From positions 8,432,001 through 8,496,000 of the forward strand of contig JAGIQG010000006.1 in the NCBI GenBank assembly GCA_024679065.1: a stretch of DNA of 64,000 bases, in the 5' to 3' direction. This document shows, piece after piece, positions 52,540 through 62,493 of this stretch. The stretch comes from Sphyrna mokarran (lineage: Eukaryota). The position numbers and the translations under genes are program-made. Below the pieces are notes generated by a model that did no database searches, was not told the origin of the DNA, and worked only from the letters and a program-made list of their open reading frames with translations. Each line of letters starts with the position of its first letter. Position 1 is the stretch's first letter.

Positions 52540-54138
52540 TTTTTTTTTAAGCAACACAGCACGGGAAACAGGCCCTTCGGCCCAACGAGCCCGCGCCGCC
52601 GTCATACCAAATACATTATCCTATTTTAATATTCCTATATAATAATATATATATTATTCCTAATATGGAAAATTTTCACCATAGGGACAATTTGTTACCA
52701 AATCAGCCTAAGAGCGAATTTTTGGGTTGTGGGAGGAAACCGGAGTGCCCGGAGAAAACCCACGCAACCACAGGGAGAACGCGCAAACTCCCGCAGACAC
52801 CGGCCCCATTCCAAGTGTCTGCACAGCCACATCGATAGTCTCTGAGCTGTCATGGTGACCTTCAGATGGTCCACATAAAGCACTCATTTACGACATGAAG
52901 TACCAGGCAACCCATGAATCAACATCCAAGAGCTGTACCCGCACCACCTGCCGAATGCGTGCTCAAATTATGGACCGAATTACCTGTGGAAAAAAGCCGT
53001 AGTTAAACAGTCCTAATATATCCCTCTATCTGCATACCGTTCATGTGGCTGTCCAAGAGACCCTTAAACAGCCCCAGCGTGCCTGCTCCCACCACCTTAC
53101 TCGGCAGTGCATTCCACACCCCCCCTACCCTTTGTGTGAAAAACTGCCCTCTAATATTCGTCCTATACATAGCCCCCCTCACCCTATGGCCATGACCCCT
53201 CGTCCTATCCATTTCTAAGGTGGAAAAAGTTTACCTCCATTTACTCTATCTATACCCCTTATAATCTTATACACCTCTATGAGATCCCCTCTAAGCCGAC
53301 GTCTTTCAAAGGAAAACAACCCCAGTCTATCTAATCGTTCCTCATAGGACAGTCCTTCCATACCAGGCAGCATCCTGGTAAACCTCCTCTGCACTCTCTC
53401 CGAGGACTCCACATCCTTCCGATAGTACGGAGACCAGAACTGGGCGCAGTATTCCAAGTGAGGCCTAACCAAAGTTGTATACAACTGCAACATCAAACTC
53501 CTATTCTTGTATTCTATACCCTTTTCCATGAAAGCTAACATACTATACGCCTTTTTTATCACCTTCTCCACCTGTGAGGACACCTTCAGAGACTTGTGAA
53601 CCTGCACCCCCAAGTCTCTCTGCGTCTCTATGCTCTGTATAGTTTTACCTTTTATCCTATAATTTTCTTCTACATTTTTCCGGCCAAAATGCATCACCTC
53701 GCATTTTTCCGGATTAAATTCCATTTGCCATCTATCTGCCCAATCTACCAACCTGTCTATGTCCTGTTGTATTGCCTGACACTGCTCTTCTGTCCCCGCC
53801 AATCCAAGCATCTTGGTGTCATCAGCAAATTTGCTGATCTCACCACCTACCCCTACTTCCAAGTCGTTTATGTAGACCACAAATAGAAGAGGACCTAGTA
53901 CTGAGCCTTGTGGCACTCCACTAGTGACAGGCTTCCAGCCGGAAAAAGAGCCTTCCACTACTACCCCCTGTCTCCTCCTCCCGAGCCAGTTCTCGACCCA
54001 TCTACATACCCGACCCTGTATCCCATGCGCCTTCACCTTCTCTATCAGTCTACCATGAGGAACCTTGTCAAACGCCTTACTGAAATCCATGTAGACGACA
54101 TCAAGAGCCTGTCCTTCATCAACTGTTTTTGTCACTTT
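52540..54138 (-). mobile_element. young CR1 with long 3' UTR, inserted into a Gypsy integrase
   Basis: RT ORF 53215-54138 plus frameshifted C-terminus 53003-53212; about 460 nt CpG-retaining 3' UTR. Confidence 0.92.
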
Positions 54139-54742
54139 TCTTTGCCATAGAGGCCATTCCCATGGTGGAATAGTGTTAGCAGGTTCCGAACTTTTGCACA
54201 AAACAGTCACATTCCCACCTTTTCCTCAATTTTGGCATCGAGTCCCAGCCACCAAAAATAGCTGGATAGTAGCTTTGACAAAGCACTGTCTGGATTCAAA
54301 ACATCAGGTCTTCCTCTCCTTACAGATGCTGCCAGACCTGCTGAGATTTTCCAGCATTTTCTCTTTTGGTATCAAAAATAGCTCTGGCTATCTCACCATA
54401 GCACAGCGAGCTTTGTGTAGTCGGTTTAGTACACATTTCCTCAATAATGGTAGAATGATGATGATCCCAAAGGAGACACCTGCCTGTATAGATAGTTCAT
54501 GTCTCCGAGTGAAATATGCTTTTAACTCAGGGTTTGCTCCTATTGTCTTGCCACAAAGAACCATGTCCTTGACTTCCTGACAGTGTTGGATCATTTCAGC
54601 TTTGCTTCCTCCCTTGGCCTGTGGTTACAGAAGTACTATCTATTTGCTCGAAGTAGAAAATGTTTCCACACAAACTGTTTATTGACGGTAATCGAGAGAG
54701 TCCATCAGCATTTCCATGCAGGTCTGACTGTCACTACTTCGT

Positions 54743-54772
54743 TGTGTGTATGTGTGTGTGTGTGTGTGTGTG
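54743..54772. repeat. (TG)n microsatellite
   Basis: Seen directly. Confidence 0.95.
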
Positions 54773-55224
54773 CTGACAGTTGCAATGCCCACCTTTGCAT
54801 CATGCTCACTACCACTGATGGAATCATTGAAAATAATTAATCTTTAAGGAGTAAGAATACTCTGGAAGAAATTGTGTCTTTGAAAAGACACTGTCACTTA
54901 AAAGATGAATGGAAGACTTCTGGTTGCCACTGCTCCTGGAAAAGATAGTACTTTACCGGAAGAGCTAATTAAGCAGTTTTTAAAAATATTTTCAGTGAAG
55001 ATTTTTCCTCATTTTTGCAAACAACACAACAAACTCTCAAGGATTGGTACAGAACAATATAATCATTCTTCCATAAATAGAAAAACAGAAAAGGGAACAC
55101 CAACACAGTTGGTTCAGATTATTCATTATTCATTATAAATGGCGCCTCCAAAGATACAATCTTGTCTTTCCCAGCAGACCTCACCTTCTGTGCTCACAAT
55201 CCTATTCTGACTAAACTACTAATA

Positions 55225-55400
55225 TCTCGGCTACTTCACAAAGGTCACTGTGACATCATAAGGATGACGGAAACTACCAGAATCTAATTTTGGTGGTTGG
55301 GAGTCAATGCCGAAATTGAGGAAAAGGAGGGAATGTGTCCATCATGTGCAAAAGTACAGAACTTACTGTCATTAGCACTATTATATACATGGGAATGACA
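55225..55400 (+). mobile_element. second Gypsy integrase zinc-finger fragment, opposite orientation
   Basis: FWWLGVNAEIEEKEGMCPSCAKVQNL..LYTWE parallels 54150-54260 on the minus strand. Confidence 0.7.
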
Positions 55401-56279
55401 GAGAATTAGGAGCCAGAGTAGGCCATTCTGCCCCTCGAGCCTGCTTTAACATTCTGTGAGATCATGGCTGACCTCTTTGAACTTAACCCCACATTCTATA
55501 ACCCTTAAATCCCTTGTCTATCAAAAGATTCGCCTAAGTCTTTTTCTATATATTCAACGATTCCCCACTCCAAACCCTAATAGCCCTCAGAGAAAAAAAA
55601 TTTCCTCATCTTTGCCCTAAACGACAGGCCGCTTACTTTTCAACTGTGTCCCCTAGATTCAGTCTCTCCCACAAGGAGAAACATCTTCTCACAGTCGCAT
55701 CTCCTCAGGATCTTACAACGTTTCAATAAGGTCACCTCTCATTATTCTAAATTCTAATGGATATAAGACTAATCTCCCCAACCTTTTTCTCTTTAGATAA
55801 GCCCCTCATTCCAGGAATCAGTTGAATAAACCTTCTCTGAATTGCTCTGAATGCAATAACATATATTCTATCTTTAGCAAGTAAGCCAAAATTGTACACA
55901 GTGTTTTAGATGTGGAATCATCAACGCTCTTTATAACTGTAGCAAAATATCCCTATTTTTTATATTTCATTTCCCTTATAATAAACAATAACATTCCGAT
56001 TGTCTTTCTACATTCTAACTTTTCCTGATTCATGAACCAGGACACACAGATCCCTCTGTACCTCAGAAATTTGCAATCTCTCTCCGAATAAATCACATGT
56101 CATTTTTCTATTCTTCCTGCCAAAGTGGACAAGCTCACATTTTCCCACAGTATACTCCATCTGCCAAATGTTTGCCCACTCACTTAACCAATCTATATTC
56201 CTTTGTAAATTCTTTATTTCCTCTTTTCAATTTACTTTCTTCCCTATCTTTACGTCATCAGCGACTGTTTCTCTCTCTC

Positions 56280-57460
56280 TCTAAATCTGCTGTCATCATC
56301 TCTCATCAAAAAATCAACACTTGACCTCACCTTTGTTACAAACTATTGGTCCCTCTCCTTTCCCTCTCTAATATCCATGACCACCTCCCAAATCGTGCCT
56401 TCCTTTTCATGTTTGAATCTCTCCAACAGTGTCCCCATCCTGCCTTTGTACCAAAATAACTCTTCTCAAGGTCATATCTGTGACCGTGGCAAAGGGAATC
56501 TCTCCCTCCTTATCTTTCTCCAACTGACTGCAGCCTTTGGCCTGGTGGACCACATGATCCTCCTCCAACTCCTTTCCACCATCTCCTGTTGGTTCTATTC
56601 CTATCTAATTCTATCTATTCAATTATGAATCACATCCAATGATTTCTCTTCCAATTTCTGCTCCGTTAATGAGAAATTAATCCTCTATTTCTCATCTTCA
56701 CATCATCAGAAAATACAAGATTGGTTTCCACCTGACTTCTGTTACCATCATCTCTCTCCCCTTCCCCACTGTCACTAAATTAACAGATCCTTTGTCCAGC
56801 ATCCAGAAGTGGAACAGCAGAAATATCCTCCAATTGAACATTGGAAAGTCCAAAGTTCTTGTTTTCAGGCCCTGCTCCACAATTCGTTCCCTAGTTATGG
56901 CCCTTATTGTGTTAGCTGTCTGATGCTGAGCCAGGCTGTTCATCACCTCTGTGTCATATTTATTCCTGAAACAAACTTTCAACCATATTTACAAACTATC
57001 ACTTAATTCCCTGTAATATTACTTGACTCCCTCCCATCTGAGTTCATCCATTCCTGGAACACTAACTTATATCTTTCTTACCTTCTCCTGACCAGTTTTC
57101 CACATTCTACCTTCACCACTTCGAGGTTGTCCAAACCTTTGCTGATTCAATTGTACCAAATATGTACATCCCTGTGCTGGCTCACATTGGCACCCGGTTA
57201 ACCAGCCCCTCAATTTTTAAATGCTCACTCCTATTGACAATTTATTCCATGATCCAATCTACCTCCATATCTCCATAAACCACATATGTAACCTGCCGAG
57301 ATATCTGCATTCCTGGAATCTTGAGGATCGCTGGTGGTCATTCCTTCAGTTGCCTGGCTCCCAGGCTTTGCAATTCTCTCTCCACCTCTCTCCACATTGC
57401 ATTCCTCCTTTGGGACATTCCTTCCCCTTTCACCATACTTTGGTCATCTGACTCAATATC
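56280..57460 (+). mobile_element. old L2-like LINE remnant
   Basis: SLLIFLQLTAAFGLVDHMILLQLL resembles the L2 RT motif LLDLSAAFDTVDHxILL; pyrimidine-rich sense strand. Confidence 0.65.
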
Positions 57461-57483
57461 ACCTTACATGATAAATACCAAGT

Positions 57484-57820
57484 TAGAACATAGAACATAG
57501 AGCAGTACAGCACAGTACAGGCCTTTCAGCCCTTGATATAGTGCCGACCTATGTCTGCTTCAAAGTCAAGCTATCCCACTCCTTGTCATTCTAGTGTGCT
57601 CCGTGTGCCTATCCAATAACTGCTTGAAAGTTCCTAAAGTGTCTGACTCCACTATCACAGCAGGCAGTGCATTCCACACCCCAACCATTCTCTGAGTGAA
57701 GAATCTACCTATGACATCCCTCCTATTTCTCCCACCATGAGCCATATAGTTATGCCCCCTAGTAACAGCTACATCCACTCGAGGAAATAGTCTCTGAACA
57801 TTCACTCTATCTATCCCCCG
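57484..57820 (-). mobile_element. CR1 3' fragment fused downstream of the H4 stem-loop
   Basis: VQRLFPRVDVAVTRGH..FFTQRMVGVWNALP; closely similar to 27890-28220. Confidence 0.9.
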
Positions 57821-57836
57821 TCTTAAAAGAGCCTTT
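57821..57836 (-). promoter_or_regulatory. truncated histone 3' stem-loop
   Basis: AAAGGCTCTTTTAAGA about 30 nt after the H4 stop; the final GCC ACCCA of the consensus is replaced by CR1 sequence. Confidence 0.85.
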
Positions 57837-57867
57837 GTTGTGTGTCTGCTAGAAAGGATTGAGTTGT

Positions 57868-58162
57868 TCAGCCACTGAATCTATAGTGAGTGTGACCCTG
57901 GCGTTTCAGAGCATACACCACATCCATGGAGATGACCATCTTGCGTTTGGCGTGTTCAGTGTAGGTGACCACATCCCTGATCACATTCTCCAGGAAAACG
58001 TTCAGCACCTCACGAGTCTCTTCATAGATCAAACCCAAGATCCACTTAACACCACCACAGTGAGCTAGGCAGTGTTAAGTGGATATTATCACAAAGCACT
58101 TTGCGGCGTCGCTTTGTTGTGCCTTTACCCAGTCCTTTGCCTCCTTTCCCTCTGCCAGACAT
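57868..58162 (-). pseudogene. H4: histone H4 pseudogene
   Basis: Reads [28 protein letters not shown], then a frameshifting deletion of the QGITKPAIR region, then [67 protein letters not shown]. Confidence 0.95.
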
Positions 58163-58452
58163 GATGATTCTTCACTCAGATCAGTGCACATTATTCTGTT
58201 CTGTTTTATGTTGCTTTCATTCTCTCTCATCATTATTATTTAAAAATAGAAATATTTTTTCTATAAAAGTGCCAGTTGATAAGTGATGAGAGCTCAAGAG
58301 GAAGATCTGTCACGGGTCAGCATCAAATCACTCCATAGTCAATGCTCTTACAGATTACGTGGCATCTATTCAATAAACAGCAGTGAGGTAGTTTTGTGGC
58401 TCCCTGATAGAGTCCCTACCTCTGGGCCCAAAACACTGGGTTCAAATTCCAC

Positions 58453-59898
58453 AGTAAGAAGTCTGACAACACCAGTTCAAATCCAACCACTTTATTTGAT
58501 AGTAAACTCACAAGCTTTCGACTCTATGGCCTTCGTCAGGTGAATGAGGTGTTCTGGTCTCCAACAGCACACATACCAGCACAGACAGTTTACAGATTAC
58601 TGATTAGAATGTGAATCCTTACACCTAACCTGCTATTCAAGTCTTAAAGTGGCTAACAATGTGAGTGGACGGAGCACTAAGCACAGGTTAGAGAGATGTG
58701 TATTGTCTCCAGACAGCACAGTGAGTGAGGTTTTTTGTTAACCCAGGCAAGTCATGGGGGTTACAGATAGTGTGACATGAAGCCAAGATCCCTGTTAAGA
58801 CTGTCCTCATGTGCGGAACTTGACTATCAGTCTCTGCTTAGAGGCTCTGCACTGTCGTGTGTCGTGAAGGCCCCCTTGAAGAATGTTTATTCGAAGGTCG
58901 GAGGCCGAATGCCCGTGACCATTGAAGTGTTCACCAACAGGAAGGGAACAGTTTTGCCTGGTGATTGTCGAGCAATGTTCATTCATCTGCTGTCGTAGTG
59001 TCTGCATGGTCTCCCCAATGTACCATGCTTCGGGACATCCTTTCTTGCAACATATTAGGTAGACAACGTTGGCCGAGTTGCAAGAGTATGTACCGTGTAC
59101 CTGGTGAATGGTATTCTCATGTTTGATAATGTCATCCATGTCGATGATCCAGCATGTCTTGCAGAGGTCGCTGTGGCAGGGTTGTGCGGTATTGTGGTCA
59201 CTGTTCTCCTGAAGGCTGGGTAGTTTGCTGCAAACAATGATCTGTTTGGGGTTGCGTGGTTGTCTGAAAGCAAGAAGTGGGGGTGTGGGGATGGCCCTAG
59301 AGAGATGTTCATCATCATCAATGATATGTTGAAGACTCCGGAGAAGATGTCGTAGCTTCTCCGCTCCGGGGAAGTACTGGACAACAAAGAGTACTCTGTC
59401 CACCATGTCCCGTGTTCGTCTTATGAGGAGGTCAGTGCGGTTTATCGCTGTGGCACATCGGAACTGTCGTTTGATGAGTTGAGCGCCATATCCAAGTTTC
59501 GCACACATGAGGACGGTCTTAACAGGGATCTTGGCTTCATGACACACTATCTGTAATCCCCGTAACTTGCCTGGGTTAGCAAAAAACCTTACTTACTGTG
59601 CTGTCTGGAGACAATACACATCTCTTTAACCTGTGCTCAGTGCTCCTTCCACTCACATTGTTAGCTAATTTAAGACTTCAATAGCAGGTTAGGTGTAAAG
59701 ATTCGCATTCTAATCAGTAATCTGTAAACAGTCTGTGCTGGTATGTGTGCTGTTGGAGACGAGAACACCTCATTCGCCTGACGAAGGCCATAGAGTTGAA
59801 AGGTTGCAAGTTTACTATCAAATAAACCAGTTGGATTTAAAATTGGTGTTGTCAGACTTCTTACTGTGTTTACCCAGTCCAACTCCGGCATCTCTATA
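58453..59898 (-). mobile_element. Penelope-like element with GIY-YIG endonuclease and inverted pLTRs
   Basis: ORF 58807-59547 contains NVVYLICCKKGCPEAWYIGETMQTLRQQMNEH. 58453-58820 and 59495-59865 are inverted repeats. TSD TTCAAATTCCAC at 58441-58452 and 59899-59910. Confidence 0.92.
58507..58544 (-). ncRNA. minimal type I hammerhead ribozyme motif (Penelope pLTR)
   Basis: UUCAC-CUGACGA-A-GGC(cauaga)GUC-GAAA-GC-UU-GUGAG: stem I, core, stem II and palindromic AAGCUU are all present. Confidence 0.75.
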
Positions 59899-61910
59899 TT
59901 CAAATTCCACGCCTGGACTTACTAACCAAGGAAGGAGAGTTCATGAGGTGGCTGAATGGATGGCTACCCAGTTTGGGAATCCTTCCAATATCTCCTCACT
60001 ATTCCCCATAGCGGACATAGATTAGATGTGAAGATATAAGTATTAAAAAAATAGGCTATGGTAACCATACAATTGTGACTGGACAGGTACCAGCAAGATA
60101 CTTGGAAAAAAGCAAAATACTGCGGATATTGGAATCTGAAACAAAAACATAAAATGCTGAAAAATCTCATCAGGTCTGACAGCATCTGTGAAGAGGAAAT
60201 AGAGCCAATGTTTGTGTCTAAATGACATAAGAAATAGGATCAGGAGTAGACCATCTAACCTTTCAAGCTTGCTCCACCATTCAATGCTGATCTGAAGTGG
60301 ATCAATTCCACTTTCCCACTTTCTCTCCATAACCCCTAGTTCCCTTGTCTATCAGAAACCTATCTAACCATGACTTAAATATATTCAGTGAGGTAGCCTC
60401 CATCACTTCAATGGCAGAGAATTCCAGAGATTCACCACACTTTGAGTGAAGAAGTTCCTCCTCAACTCTGATCTAAACTGCCCCCCCCCCCTTATTTTGA
60501 AGCTGTATCTTCTAGCCCTGCTATCCTTTCTAGGCAGGAAGAATCTCTCTATCTCAACCCTATCCATCCCCTTCATTATATTACATGTTTCTATAAGATG
60601 CCTTCTCAGCCTTCTAAACTCCAATGAGTACAGACTCAACCTATTCATGACCCTATGACCCTTCGTCAGAACTACTTGGGGTCTTGTCACTTTCCACTTG
60701 GGTGGAAGTCTTTTGATGTTTTCAATAAGTAGTTAACCCAAAGGATTCCACATTAAAGGATTCCACAGCCTAACTTTAAGGGAGAATGATGTCCCTCAGC
60801 CAACAGTACACCTAGAGATTTTCACTACTGTTTGTGGGATCTTGCTGTATGCAAATCGGTCATTATGCTTCCTAAACAACAACAGTGAGTACACTTCTCC
60901 AGCAAGTCATTGGCTCATGAATAGTTTCAGAAGCTATCAGTGCTGCCCTGTTTTGTTTTGAATGTTTGGCTTGGAGACTCTTGGATGTAGTGACGGAGTT
61001 CCAAACATTCCAAACAGTCAGCAGGCTGAGGGTGAAGTTGCTGAAGGTTCATGCTGCCATTGCAAACGCAGCTTCTTTCTGTTCATTGCCCTGGGGGAGC
61101 AGTAGAGGGGTCAGTCTGCATTGCAGAGTGCCATACTTACACCCAATCTGGCTCAATCCTGTTTTTTGATTGTTTCTGTTTACAGGTTAAGGTTAGGGGT
61201 TAAGTGAATGCATCGACTTTACTGCTGTACTGTGAAGGTGTCAGCCTCGGGCAAAAGCATTTTCCACTTCCTCTGTAAATGGCACAAAGTTTATAGAGTC
61301 ATAGAGGTCTACAAGCACAGAAGAAGGCCCTTCAGCCCATCACGTCTGCACTAGTCAAAGACAAACTACCTAACTATTCTAAATCCTATTTTCCAGCATT
61401 TGGTCCACAGCCTCGTGTGCCTTTCAAGCCCACATCTAAATGTTAGATGTTATGGGGATCCCTGCCTCCAGCACCCTTTCAGACAGGGAGTTCCAGACTC
61501 CCATCCCTTCTGGGTGAAAAGTTTTTTATTCACATCCTCTCTAAACCTTCTGCCCCTTACTTTAAATCTCTGCCCCCAAATCATTGATTCCTCCACCAAA
61601 GGGAAAAGTTTCTTCCTGTGTTTCTTTGCCACTCATAATTTTATACATTTCAATCATGTTCCCCGCCCCCCCTCAGTCTCCTCTGCTCCAGGGAAAACAA
61701 CTCCAGTCTATCCAATCTCTCTTCATAACTCAAACTCTCCAGCCCAGTCAATGTTCTGGTAAATGTCCTCTGCACCCTCTCCAGTGCTATCACATCCCTT
61801 CTGTAACGTGGATTCCAGAACTGCACACAATACTCTAGCTATGGCCTAACCAATGTTTCATACAATTCCACTATAACCTCCCTGCTCTTAAACTGCCTCA
61901 GCTGATAAAG

Positions 61911-62493
61911 TCATGATGTAGAGATGCCAGCATTGGACTGGGATAAACATAATAAGAAGTCTGACAACACCAGGTTTAAATCAGCAAGACTGTTCCCTTC
62001 CTGTTGGCGAACACTTCAGCGGTCATGAGCATTTGGCCTCCAACCTTCGGGTAAACATTTCTCAAGGGAGCCTTCACAACGCCCGACAGCGCAGAGTCAC
62101 TGAGCAGAAACTGATAGCCAAATTTCGCACACATGAGGACAGTTTCAACAGGGAGCTTGGCTTCATGTCACACTATCTGTAACCCTTATGACTTGCCTGG
62201 GTTAGCAAAAAACCTCACTTACTGTGCTGTCTGGAGACAATACACATCTCTTTAACCTGTGCTCAGTGCTCCTTCCACTCACATTGTTAGCCACTTTAAG
62301 ACTTGAATAGCAGGTTAGGTGTAAAGATTCGCATTCTAATCAGTAATCTGTAAATAGTCTGTGTTGTTATATGTGCTGTTTGAGACCAGAACATCTCATT
62401 CACCTGACGAAGAGCAGAGCCTCAAAAGCTTGTGAGTTTACTATCAAATAAATTGGTTGGATTTAAACCTGATGTTGTCAGACCTCTTACTTG
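61911..62493 (+). mobile_element. truncated Penelope-like element with short inverted terminus
   Basis: LPVGEHFSGHEH..EQKLIAKFRTHEDSFNRELGF plus pLTR; TSD GCTGATAAAG at 61901-61910 and 62494-62503. Confidence 0.88.

Larger units (their letters stand above)
50750..54730 (-). mobile_element. decayed Ty3/Gypsy pol (RNase H end plus integrase) fragmented by nested insertions
   Basis: Collinear pieces: HGNADGLSRLP; ELKAYFTRRHELS; SYFWWLGLD; PWEWP.WQR | IDIGYAKPF..KWPEV..FGYPTQHVNNNGPWF; NGLTEHF; SQFLLVYINTPHSTT; IWRRHVDQVL. Confidence 0.85.

Noticed and set aside
53215-54210. 331-aa ORF as a novel gene
   Set aside because: Chance fusion of Gypsy integrase residues with a truncated CR1 RT; no proper start.
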